Positions 10,496-23,060 of a DNA stretch of 34,397 nt are shown piece after piece. This DNA comes from Basidiobolus ranarum (Eukaryota). The stretch covers positions 1 through 34,397 of the forward strand of contig JASJQH010000066.1 in assembly GCA_040143965.1 (NCBI GenBank). The letters are read 5' to 3'. Every line of letters starts with the position of its first letter. The stretch's first letter is position 1. The notes below the pieces were generated by a model, which was not told the DNA's origin, did no database searches, and saw only the letters and a list, made by a program, of their open reading frames with translations. The position numbers and the translations under genes are program-made.

Positions 10496-11628
10496 TCTAC
10501 AAGTGTTCTCCATTTCTTTTATTGCCCGAACCTTCTTGTTTTACTGTAGAACAATGACCATAGCCATAGAATCAAAGGTGTATTAATGTTGAGTGTGTGC
10601 ATGTATACTGTGCTATTTTAATGATCATGTTAACATTTAGGTTAGAGATTGCTTCCATTCTCTAGACGTTAAATAAACCTAAATATAGCAACAGTATATA
10701 TTCACAGATTGAATATTCTGGCATCTATTACAGAATGGCAATCTATGATGTAATTCAATAGTAGTGCATTTATGTCTTTTACTGTTTGCAATAATCTGTT
10801 CCAAGAGGGATTATCTGTCTGATATGATGGGATTTCGAGTATCCTTTAGATGTGAGATTCGAAAAGCAACTGTTTCTGTAGCTTTCGCACTGGTAGATGC
10901 CTTTGCTGGCATACCGCATCGATTTTTTACTTGATTACATCGTAGTTGGATATTGTATAATCAATGAGTCATTAATGCAGTATCCTTGCTTCCCAGCACA
11001 CACGCCTCAAGTCATGTACTTTGTGCAAATATCTATAGAGTTGCTGGACACTGCCTATATTCGCTTATATTTTCCAAGATGATATGGGTGGTATATCACG
11101 ACTTTTGAGGCTCTTTCTTATTACATAAATATCATGATCCTTATATCTGCTGATAACACTGCTAAGTAGAGAGCAAGTGAAACAAGAAACACTCAAGGGG
11201 AAGCCAAAGGAGTACCAAGAATTCAACATCAAGTCATAATATGATGCAATTCATAACTCAGTTTGTCAAATTGTGCTTAACATGGAAATAAGCTTAGTCT
11301 CCCATTTGGATTCATGTCCTTGAAAGAAAGTAATTTGCCTTCACCACCCATTCTTGGCATAGCCAAACTTCACAGTATAATTTACAAAGGTTTATTTACG
11401 GAAGTAGTTAATGTAATATTTCTATGATTCGTCTATTAAATTAAGGCTTTACTAAAGTTAATACTAATTCATACCAATTTATACCTCGAGTTTACGCTAT
11501 GGTGTTTAATTGGAAACTCCAAGAGGTTAAGCAGAATGGTTTTAACACTTGCCATAGCTTCCTGATGATTTTCAACCAAGCTTCTCGTATTACCCGTCAA
11601 AATATTTTTTTCTGGTTTCAATGAAACA

Positions 11629-12904
11629 TCAGATTTTTTCTTCAGGGAGTCCTTTCTTTATGTACCGTTTGAACACCTTAGACATGGCAGCTAAGAAAAA
11701 TTTGGCTTCTGGTCCAGACTGCAATGGATCCACTATCGCACAGAGTTTGGTAAAGATTCTGTGAATATTCAAGGTAGCTGGATTCACTTCACCACCACAA
11801 AGCCATCTTTGTAGAGTTAATAACTCTGCAGGTGAAAGTAGTGTTAGCTCGATGAAGATTTGTTTCATGCTTTCACCATGTGGTGATAAAACTTTCAACT
11901 TCTCCGCCAGATTAATATGGTTTTTCAAAAGATTTAAGAGAGACATCCTTGGTAGTGTAAAGAATATCGTTGGATCATACTCCTTTACCGCTTCACCACT
12001 GATAAAATCTTCTTTAATGATTTCTCCTAAAGTGCTCCACATCAATCCTACCCATAAGCTCCATTCATTTCTATCTTCTTTCTCCTTTAAACGGGTACGA
12101 CGACCATTGATATTGAAATAAGTATAGCAAACAAGTCTCTCGAATTCCACCCACGCTTGGTCAAAGTCCATAAGCACAGGGAATAACCCCACCAAGGAGA
12201 TACTGTATGGGTGTTTAACTGCTCTGTATTGAAATACATAACGCAAGGCTTCGAAAGTTGCGCATAGTTTCTGTGCGGGTTCGCGTAGTTCCTCAGAGCA
12301 ATGTTCTATACCTCTAATTTGAAAGCCTCTAGAAAGAGCCTGTGCAGCGAAAAGTATGGTTTCGGAAAATCCTTGGTCTAATTCTTCTCTATCTTCAGTC
12401 GGTAAATGTCTTCGGTATCCTCGTGAGCATTTTAGCACTGAATCCATCTCACAGTAAACCAAATAGATCGTATTTAATAATTCAGTTTGATGTTGATGTA
12501 CTCTATCTGTACACCTTCTAAATCTAGCAGAATTAACATCCCTAACACTTTCGAGAAGTTTGATTGAAGACGAGAGTTGTTGTTCTAAATGGGTAATAAT
12601 GAGGTTAAATTAAGTATGGAGTAGTTGACGATCACATTAAAGTGATGAATATATGTTTGAAATTAACGTGACTATACATACCAGCGTCATAAAATAAATG
12701 TAAAGGATGATTTCGTCGAGTCTTACTTTGTGGGGAGTGCTTTGGCAGTTTCCATTTTTGAAATTTAAAGATTTGCGCAAAGACAGTTGGGTGTTGCAAA
12801 AGTGAAGAGCCATTTGAGTCCTCAGAGTTGCGTGGAGTCTCGTTAGCACCTACTGATGTAGTAGCTCTATAATTCCGTGAAGGAGTTGGCATAATCCTTG
12901 TCAT
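11629..12904 (-). CDS. Lateral signaling target 2 (Lst2/ZFYVE28)-like protein lacking the FYVE domain, 392 aa; exons 12904-12682 and 12584-11629
   Basis: A 97-nt GTATGT...TTTAG intron joins two ORFs in frame. Blocks FYDAEQQL, ILFAAQALSRG..I..EELREPA, FDQAWVEFE, EYDPTIFFTLPR, LSPAELLTLQRWLC and IHRIF...IVDPLQS match the conserved helical blocks of ZFYVE28 as I recall them. Confidence 0.82.
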
Positions 12905-14227
12905 CGATATATATGTTCTATTTGATAAAGAGTAGACAATTTTTACAGAAGAAATGGCACGAGTTCGAGCAAAGTTTATGGATCTATGTGTTGCTTACAG
13001 CTCGCAGAAAAGAAATAAATGGCCATTTTATATATTTTCAAGATTCGACAATATCTGGAACTGAATAGTGCCAGAGGAGTGAAACTCCAGCATCATGCCA
13101 GTATCCGTACCCCAAGGAGATAGATGTGTTTTGATTAGGAGGGCATATAAATTCGGTCTTTGATTAGATAGCCAAATGGAGTATTTTCTTGTAGAAAACA
13201 TCTTGTTTATCAACATTACTGAGAATATTATTTGATATCCGACCCTCGAATTCCTCTACTCCTCAAAAAAGGGGAGATTGACGGAAGATAGAACTTGGAA
13301 TTAGTCACTTCAGCCAACGTATTACTGCACATTCCTACGTCAAGCGTGGATCAGGACGTTGTTGGAACACTGTCACGAAGCCTGTTTTTCAATTGATCCA
13401 TTTTCATTTAGGATCTATAGATATTCCTCAGTTACCGATATATAATGCGAGTAATGCTTCTTAATTCGCATGTGGCTTAGGGTTAATTCGATGACGAAAT
13501 ATGTAAATCTTTTTTTCATGTTCTCTAACAAAGAATCATTGCCATTTGTTGCTTGTAAGAAAAGGATTTTCGCCATTAGATCACTAATACTAGCCACATT
13601 CCATTTCCTAATATAAACTTGAAGAACAAAGAGATCGCGAATCTCATAAAAAGTTCCAAGGCCATTAATTTCCTTTGAAACATGATCGAAAACTGGTACT
13701 GAAACAACTTTGAATTTGAATTCGTTTAAACAAAAGATTCAATTGAAATAGTTAAAATTCTTTCGAATACCCAGCACGCTGCTCAGCATGCAATGTTTGA
13801 GAATAATAAAGGTATCTAAATTTCATTTGCATAGCTATACAAAGCCAGTGTATATTCTACTATCTGCAATAATAATGTCTACTTGATATAGTTAGCTACA
13901 AAGGATATATTCTACATATGCATATATAAAAATAACTAAGCCTCTGAGCAAGGATATTTTGACTAATTGGAAAGGCGACATTGAAAAAATAAACGATCTA
14001 CAGACAGTAACCTGTGCGTGTCATATATAATATGTTCTAAGAATAGAATCTTTCAGTAATGTTATCAACTCTATCTACCAGTCCAGCTTTAAGCAAGTAG
14101 ATAGGATGCTTTACAATATAATAATGATATGCTGGTGTTGCTGATGCTTAAACCATATTTGTAAGAGGTATATCTCAAGTATTTATTATTCCTAAACTTC
14201 GTTCACGATGTAAACTAATTCTCTATT

Positions 14228-17200
14228 TTACAACATTTGCACGTAATTTGCTGGAAATTGACCACGTTGGCCATTCAAAATACCTAGTCAACAGATATAA
14301 AAGTTTAGCATTTGAGCGTAGTCAATGTGATGTGTGTAAGCGTGTTACCTTCCCACCAGCCGTCATCGCCTTCTTTGTTTGTTACTTCGATCATATCACC
14401 TGCGCGAATAGTCAACTCCTCAGCCGTTCTAGCATCGTAATCATACAGGGCTTCAGACAGAAAAAATAAAGACAACTCAGGTTAGGAGAAATATCAAAAT
14501 ATTTATCAGGTAGATTATTCACTTTAGTACCTTGCACCTGAATAGAGTTATTTGCAGGTGTAACATTCTGTGGAGTTGATGAAATGGTTGGTGAAGTGAC
14601 GGTCATTGGTTCTTCAATTGATTCGACGTATTGCACATAAGCAGCTGGAACAAGTCCTTCTTGTCCATTGTAATTGGCTTTTACCCAACCTGAGCCATCA
14701 TCACCCTCAAGTATGGTAATCCAAGCACCAGCAGAGACTGAAACCTGAGAACTATCAGTAGCGTCATAATCATACAAAACGGTAGCATTTGAAGCATTGC
14801 TATTACTAGTGCTATCTATGCTTGCGACGGTGGAGTTATCAGCATATGGGTTTGACGTAGTTTGTGGTGAATTAACAGCCATAGAACTCTCGTTAGTTAA
14901 CGGAGAAGATTTGAAAGACTGTGGAAGCGGTTTACGAGAATTAGACCGGCGAATACCCGCAATAGCTTTAAATAAACTATTAATATATGTTTACAACAAT
15001 AAAGACGCCAATAGAAACCTACACGAAACACTTCCGGAAAAGAACGAACGAGAAGTCTTGGTAGAATCTTTTGAACAATCGGGAGATACCTTAAGTTCAC
15101 ATTTAGCGTGGCAATTGTAACCACATTCTATGTACGTATTTAAGTTATTTATGCTGGTAATGGTATTCAACAAGCGATATTACCTTTACATGTAAAGCCT
15201 TGTTTTGCCAGACCCCAGATTGTCGTTTGACAATAATCACAGGTGGTTGGAATTGTAAAAGAAGCGGTCTTAAAGTTATGCCTTTGACCGTCGATAGAAT
15301 TTTCTATAAATCAAGGGATTAACTTCAATCAATGGAGTAATTAGCAAGCTCTATAAGCATACCTCCAATGCTGCTTATGATGACTTGCTGTTCAGTTTCT
15401 AAAGCCAACTTCATGGAATTGAGTATACTGACATGTTGCAAAGTCTCATTGATTTTCTATTCGAAAGAGTTAGTGAAATCAATCTCCAGTATATTCAAAA
15501 AAGCACTGTCTTCACCTCCTGAACATCATCGGGATCTCCAAGTGTACGGTTGTTGGTATAAGCATCTTGAAGATTATGCAAACCTTCCAATTCTTTGCTC
15601 TTTACGTTTAACTCGTTAGTTAATTCGCCGAGTCTCGATTTGTTCTTTACTAGCTTATTGTTTAAGAATACAACACTAGCATCATCAGTGACTAATTCAA
15701 CCTGTTAAACAAAGAGCATGCAAAAGCAATCAAAGTTTTAACAACGATTGATAAAGAAATTTCAAAAGCAATGCTAATTACCCCTTCGGTATCTAGACTA
15801 CATGGCTCAAAGACGAATGCGCTGGGCTCTTCTTTGTCAACTGCATTCTGTTTGATGAACATTTGAGAATCCAATTTTTCATCCAAATTCTCGACCTCTT
15901 CCATGATGTCATCTAGATGAGTTTGAGTCTCAGTGAGCATGCTCGATTCCAAATCTACATAATCTTTCCAAATTCCTTTCAACGCAGTTATCCGGCTTTC
16001 ATTTACCCATTGCATATTCTAGGAAGAGAGATCGTGTAAGTTTGTAGAGTCATAGGATGCCAATGAATTATCCCGTAAAAAGGTACTGACGTTTAAAAGA
16101 GCTGGGAAATCCTCTTGATGATACTTGCTTTTCTCGGCATTGGCGACGTTAACAGCGATGAGATATAGATTCTAGATATCGTGATCATACTCGTTACTAA
16201 AGATTGAAATGCAATTTTGCCCCAAAAGCAAGCCTCTCACTTTATTGTTGTTGCGATCTGTAAAGTCTTGGTTGTATTGTCTGTTTAACTTTGAACCAAT
16301 TTTGATTTAGATTACACTTCACCTCATTCCATACTAAACAGTAAGTACTTACCTTTTCGACACTCTTTTCATCTTGGGCACGCTCTTGCTTTGCTCTAGT
16401 AGTTTGGACCTCTGAGAATGATTCATCATAATTTTCTTTAGCCTATAGATAGTTATGTATGGAGTTATAATAGAATTCATGGAAATGTGGTCTTATCCTA
16501 ATTAGAATCTACGTACCTTATCTTTCTCATGGAAAAAGCGATCCCGTTCTGACATCAGTCGTTGTGAGAATTGCATTTGCTAAATATCACCAATAGACGA
16601 GTTAAACTAAGGGGATAATAATCATCATTCCTTAAGCAACATCAACTTACTTTTCTTCTGGAATCCTCTTTTTTTTGAGCCAAAGTTCTTAAAGGATCGG
16701 CCACAGAAGACATCAAAGAATCAGCAAACTCTTGACGTAGCTTTGCAATGTTTTCTGTTTCAGTCAAAATGACAGTCAATGCTTTGTAAACAGCACTTGA
16801 AAATTAATAATTAGGTAAGAAATTTCATGAGAATAGGCAACATGACAAGTATATTAACAAAAAAATATCAAACCTGGAGTCTGCACCTCCAGGGGGTGCT
16901 TCGCCGTTCATCATCTCTGGCATCATAGAATATCCTCGTTTATCAAATTTTCCTTGATATTTTCGAGTGAGAGATTCAAGCTTGGATGCGTGATCTCGTT
17001 CAATTTGAGCTCGATCTTTGATGAACTCTCTAAATTCGTTCAATAATTGAATTCCATTCTGTAGAAACTGGTTTACCGTACCCAGCTGCGCTCCCTATAG
17101 ATTATCGTGACCAAAAATAAGGAATAGACAAGCAATGTTAGCAACATGGCTATTAAAATCAATTCGTCAAGCGAAATAAAGGTGGATGTGGTAAAGGTAG

Positions 17201-17235
17201 TAGTACTTTACCCTTAGTGAGCTACCAAAATCCAT
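14228..17235 (-). CDS. BZZ1: Bzz1-type F-BAR + C1 + two SH3 endocytic adaptor, 668 aa; exons 17235-17212, 17094-16874, 16795-16651, 16579-16517, 16442-16353, 16288-16241, 16171-16091, 16018-15782, 15701-15516, 15456-15363, 15303-15184, 15127-15023, 14965-14531, 14450-14349, 14283-14228
   Basis: FCH motif (FREFIKDRAQIERDHASKL), C1 domain (HNFKTASFTIPTTCDYC...WGLAKQGFTCKECGYNCHAKC...C), SH3-1 (VLYDYDA..GWVKA..GLVPAAYV) and SH3-2 (ALYDYDA..GWWEG..GQFPANYV). All 14 GT-AG introns keep phase. Confidence 0.93.
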
Positions 17236-18790
17236 GCTATAATATTTAAGTACGACTTTAGGGGTGTAAAAGGAATCCTTAACAAGTGGGAGGTCCCTGA
17301 CTTGGAAGTCAAATAGATGTGATTATTTCTTGATACCATACATAAAAGCTTGAGTAGAACCTTCGTCAGCAAATGGCTAAATCGGATTATCCCGTAAAAT
17401 CGACGATTTAAGCAACAATAGATATAAATTGAATGAATTTTTGGTTTCCTGGTTTTTTTGAATTAGTTTTGCTTAAGATCAAACTAAGTGCTTATCTACT
17501 CAGAAAAACCATGTAGGTCATCAATACGTAAAGATCATGTACTATTTTGTTCAGATGGGTGAATGTCAGCAGATACCCATAAGGAGGCTATGAAGCTATA
17601 TATTCGCGTGGGTTGTTACCAAATTCAAGTTCGCTGATATCATGAGTGCAAAGGTCTACTAATCATTTGTGTAGAGCCGATGCTGGAGGGGGGAATGTAT
17701 ATTGATAAGCAACGAGAAAGATTAAATAGAAAGTACTAAAAAATCTAGGTATACACACGAAGTGGAGTGAAATCTCATGCTGAGTTTCGAGTCAGATAAG
17801 CTTTATACTTTAGTTGTACTTCGTGAGGACTGAATAACCGCATGCCATTCAAGTTCGTAACAAGATACTGACGATGGTGAGAATTGTTAAAGTCAGAACT
17901 CCCACAAAATCACAGACAATCGCTAATTTGAATCACTACCAATTAAGCCTTCACATTCCTCGAATCGCACGCCCCATCATCTTCCCGTAATATATGCTCC
18001 TCAACACCGAGGTAGGTTGACTGAAAGCCGGAGGGTACCTCCATATAATAGTTGCTATTGTCTTGGATGAACGTGTTGAGTATGCACCAATCATATTCTC
18101 ATCAGGGCTGATGAGATCCGGTTGCTTAAGTTGTCTTCCAGAATTTCAGCAAGCTCGGGTGTTGGGGAAATGCACCCGCTAGCCAACCTCAGCAAATATT
18201 GCTCGTGTATGAAAAGCTTGATGTACAAGGGAAACATCACGTGTGAACTTATTGTAGTTTATGCTCAGTAAAATGATCGAGAAGAGTTTGTTTGGGGAGA
18301 AATTCTTCAGGTTCTAATATTTTCTCCCCCATCATTTTTTCATACATGCACCACTAGAACAAGATTGGTCTCTCGTGCAAGAGAGGTGTGACCGTCTTCT
18401 GAGATTTGTTACCGCTTTTCTCCCACAAGATTTTTCGGGTGATTTATCCACTCAAGATATAATAATCCCAGATTCTCAATTCATCCTAATCTTGCCACTC
18501 ACTCCTGGTACCTAAAGATTGTTAACAACACTTTCATTTTGATACTGGAATCGCAACACTGGTGAACATTCTAATTGTGAACTCCTCCCCCAATACTTGA
18601 GTTGATTCATATTGGATTACCTGTTACCACTTTTCGTTACTCGACATTTACTACGTCTCTCTATTGAAGTTCACTCTTTTTTATACTCTATTTATATATT
18701 CAATTTTCATTTACCGTGAGTAACGAATAATTTTTTTAAATCTTCTATAAGTCCATATCAAACAGATTCTAAGATATTGCACCTACAGGC

Positions 18791-19052
18791 ATGTCCTTAA
18801 TTAAGCAAATATTAGAAATGGTCAAGTCCTTTCGTAATCGAACAACTAATTTCAATAGTCTCGGCGGCCCGACTGGAAGTGAAGCTGCTTTATGGATAGG
18901 TGCAAGACGTCGAGATGGAACCCAACGGTTCTATCTACTTCAATCAAGGTAACAAACAGTTTATAATTGACATTACATAGACCATTCGTTTGAGAGATTT
19001 TCTTACCACCATCTTCCCACTTAGGAAACGTCGATCATTTGAGAAATTATAG
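18791..19052 (+). CDS. Spliced microprotein, ~61 aa (MSLIKQILEMVKSFRNRTTNFNSLGGPTGSEAALWIGARRRDGTQRFYLLQSRKRRSFEKL); exons 18791-18948 and 19025-19052
   Basis: A 5'UTR intron at 18716-18788 (GTGAGT...CTAAG...TACAG) ends 2 nt before the ATG. Coding intron 18949-19024 (AG|GTAACA...CTTAG). T-rich leader and protein-like composition. The last exon is less certain. Confidence 0.65.
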
Positions 19053-22000
19053 TATACACCCCTTTAGGTGGATTCACAACTCTTGTTTTGCATTATGAGG
19101 TATACAGTCTTAAGTTTCGTCTGACTTTCAGAATTCTTTCCGTTAGTATAAATTCCTTGAGGGGCGGATATATAACGGTATTTTGATTTATCATACCATT
19201 CATTATTTTATACATAGTACAGTTGATCTCCTTTTACTCAACTCAAATATCATCATCGTACCCACTCCACGCAGAAATACACATACACACATTCCGATTC
19301 AATCATACATATTGTCGTTTTGGATGTCACTACATAACGTCCTTTATAAAAACTCCAAAAAAATGGACAAATAGTAAAAGCAGATTTAGTACTACTCAAT
19401 GCTCTACCTCAATTCCAATGTTACACTACTAAGTGAGCTATATTCGGTATGAAGAATTGCTAAGCTAGCGGTTAATATCACCACATCAGATATTGGCCAT
19501 TGGTGGCTAACCAAAATTGAGCAAACATAATGGTTTTTGAGAGATATTGATAACTATTAAGCAAGCTCAGTTTTGCACTCATTGAATTGGTTGAAGGCTA
19601 TATATATTTATCAGATTAAACAAACAGCATTAAACAATAATTAGCCTTCACCTATCATCCAGGAATAATCTCAATATCAGGTAACTCTAATTGAACAGCA
19701 CTTGGACATGAATGCTCTGAAATTTCGGGCTTTCTTTGCTAGGAACACTCGGACATTACTTGTATTCAATAAACGACACTAAACTTTGGAATACGGATTA
19801 TGCATCTTTGCACTGGTGGCTTGATACGTTATTACTTACCCGAGCTCACAGACAATTAAAGACACGCAAATAGCCTTACATATATTTAACTTACCTGGTT
19901 GCTCAAAAGGCACTCCTGCTTGACTTTTAACTCATTGAAAAGTAGTGCTGAAATTGAGATGTACGCATATTTAGGTGCAGTTCGAAGTCTTTCTTCACTC
20001 AGCAAACCAAGCCTAGGAGCCTCAATTTGAAGAGTCCGTAACACTTCATCAATGTTAATATTCTCCGTTCTTTTCACTTATATCGGCGTTCGCTGAACAC
20101 CATTCTTACCTATGTAAGAGTATTGATGAAAAAAGGTCAAGGAATTCGGCTATATGTGAAAACAGTATGAGATATAGTGCGTATTTCAACGTTCGCTTGT
20201 GCTCATATTCAGCATCGAGCTTACACCACCAGGCGCTATGGGTGGCTTAGATAGTAAATCGTGGCCATATCCAAGCACTATGATGAGCTCCTACAGTGAA
20301 GTATTTCCAATCAGAATCACGATCATCATGCTGGTACCTTTTAATAGGTACTATTGAATCGCTTAGGATTGAGGTTTGTCATGTAGATTGGTAATCTGAG
20401 GGTATCGTGACTGATCGATTCATTCTGTCAAGCCTTAATAGGAGTGAGTCTTACACTGGAGCACCAATCCCCAATAGCAAGCGATTCAATAATACGTCAA
20501 ACGCTAATTAGCTTCTTCTAGAGTGTCATGAGTAGGATTCGCCAAATTGCTTGGGGACAAGTCAATGAGAAACTGCCTTGCGAGTCAATGTATTAGATGT
20601 ATAGAAAAAAGCTAAGCCTCACCGTATTTGATTGGTTGGGAGTCGTTTCATTCTGACTTGGCCATATATTGCTACTATTAAGTCAATATTGATGGTTCAG
20701 CTTTATACAATTTGTATGCACTAGAGTCAGACACTTCTACCATCCAATGCATTTATAGATTGAAAATGGACGAATCAGCGTAGCCTGTGAAGACCTAATT
20801 ATAGGGCATGCAAGGGAGTGAAATCAATAATTGATGCCATGTACACGCAATGAGCATAAAGTTTCATTTAATCATACAAACGACGCACCCAACGAGTGTC
20901 TAATCAAGACAATTGGGGTCTCCCGCTTTCATCTATGTTTCACTCATGTCTGAGCTACCCCATCTGTAGTTCATCTGCAGTACTGACTGCACCCACATTA
21001 TAGTTTCTTGGAGCGGTACCTTGAATGAGGTACTACTATTGTACTTGGATTTATGGTCTGGCACGACTGGGAGTGTGCTAAAGAGCATTTAGCAAAAGTG
21101 ACCAAAACTATCCGGTCAATTGGCATAAATAAAAATGTAGGACAATAGACTGAAAAGCGTAAAGGAAACCGCTTTCCATGCTAATGATCAGTATGAAATT
21201 AATGTGCACTTTGGAACTAATCCCTATTGATGTACATAAAGACCACATCTTGGCCTAGGAGACTTCTGCTCCATGTAAGCCATTAGCTAGTGGTAGGGTT
21301 CTAGTTTCTAAGCCTGTCACAGCTGGATTTGGCGATGCTCTGTATGTTGCCCAAAACTTGGTGCTCAGATGGTGATCGTGATGTAACTCCATTGAGCAAT
21401 TAGTTTTAGGGAGCGTTTGGCCATTCGCAAATCGAACCCGTGAATTACGCAAGAAAATCCTATGCAATGGCTATGCAGCATCCAAGCACTCAAAGTATTG
21501 AGCATTCATCAGTATAGACAGGCTATGCCAACAGTGACGAAGGGCCATCTACGTCGACAAAAGAGACAATACTTGTTGAGTTGGCTGACAAAGGGATACT
21601 TTCGACTGATGAGACAGAGAAAGAGATTTAGACCAATGGGCAGATTTTTAGAGAGTCGTGGTGCATGAGTTTGCTTCCTTTGGCAACTCCCCGTGTTACA
21701 CCCGATAGTAGGGTAGAAATATGCGGCGTTTCTACAACTCGATTTAAGTGGGATCGATTTATCTGTGGAGCTGACTGAATACTTGCTGCATTGTTGAGAA
21801 AACTCAAGCAATTCTCAGAAATCAGCAGCATTGATGCAAGCGGGATGTCTGGTTGAGAGCTTAATATGATGAAACTATTACAAATAAGTTCGGAATGTGT
21901 CTTCCCTTAAATTGATACCTTTCCAATGCGTAGAGCTCGATTAGATCTAGTTTCATTAGTACTGATTTGGCACCTGCCATGTAAGCTATTTAGCTTGCTT

Positions 22001-23060
22001 ACTATAGTGCGTACGCAGTTCCTATGTTGGATTGGCTTTCTTTTGGAGCGGAACAGTCATCATTCGATAGACTCCATTGTGTGAAACAATCCTTCAGCCA
22101 TTCTTCATAATGAAGGTTGCTTCCCCAAGTGTTTCTATCTAGATCTCCCCAAAGGCTTACCACCTTGCTTTTCTATGTAAGAAACACAGTTCCGGTTTCT
22201 GCAGCCTCCTATTGGCCTGCGATGAGCCACATATGAAAGAGGCAAGATCTAGAAGGTGAGTAGCATCCCTTAAACAGAGTTCGGTTGCATCTTGTGCCCT
22301 GATGAGGTTTACCATGCTGGAGCTCTAGCGACATCCAGTGGAAGGATTTACCTCGATGCTCTAGAGAGAGCGACAAGGTTTGATGATCCTGGGCTCCCTT
22401 GAAGCTAGCTCATGCTCGTGGTCAGCCATTGCAACAGATTTGCTCAAAGAAAACAAAAGAGCTAGGAGCATTAGGAAATAATAGAATTCCCAAATACACC
22501 CGCTGTTTGATGCATCCGACCGCTAAATTCCTACATTTACCTCCACTGCTTATGGAAACGTACATACTATTAAACAGTATTGTTGCAAAGCCTAAACTTC
22601 CTCACATTATCCCTCTGAAATGCGATTTAATAATAGTGCTGGCCAAGTGGAGGAGGAAGCTGAGCAGGATCAAGTTGTTTTGGTGATTTCAAACTTTTCC
22701 GTTCATGATGCAAACAGTTTATAGAGTTTAATGTGCCAGATGTTTAGAATCCTATTTTCAACTGAATCAATGGATAGATTACATATAACAATGCTCACTA
22801 ACGAAATCTTGTTCGAGAGCGAGATTCATCAGTTCACCTTGCATCGTCCAATCAACGCCGGCGAGTATTTATTGGTTTATATAAATTAGTGAGACCGTCA
22901 AAGCATTAAAAAGTGAAGCTCATCAGACTTTGACAGTGTCTTTCACTGGCTTTCTACTTTCAGAAATAGTGACTAGCTTTCTAGACTATTTCTTGTCGCA
23001 TTTTGCACTCCCTTCATTTTTATTTCAGGCTTGATTGCCATCCCACCCTCCCCTATTAAT

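Noticed and set aside
16341..16352. Perfect palindrome GTAAGTACTTAC giving a splice donor on both strands
   Set aside because: Explained by the BZZ1 intron 5 donor plus a chance extension. No evidence of an antisense exon.
16067..17399. 14-bp direct repeat ATTATCCCGTAAAA in a BZZ1 intron and in its upstream region
   Set aside because: A single AT-rich match with no further extension, compatible with chance.
21255..22686. Overlapping short ORFs as a gene or pseudogene
   Set aside because: The frames I read are interrupted by stops, and I could not recognise any family or consistent splice structure.
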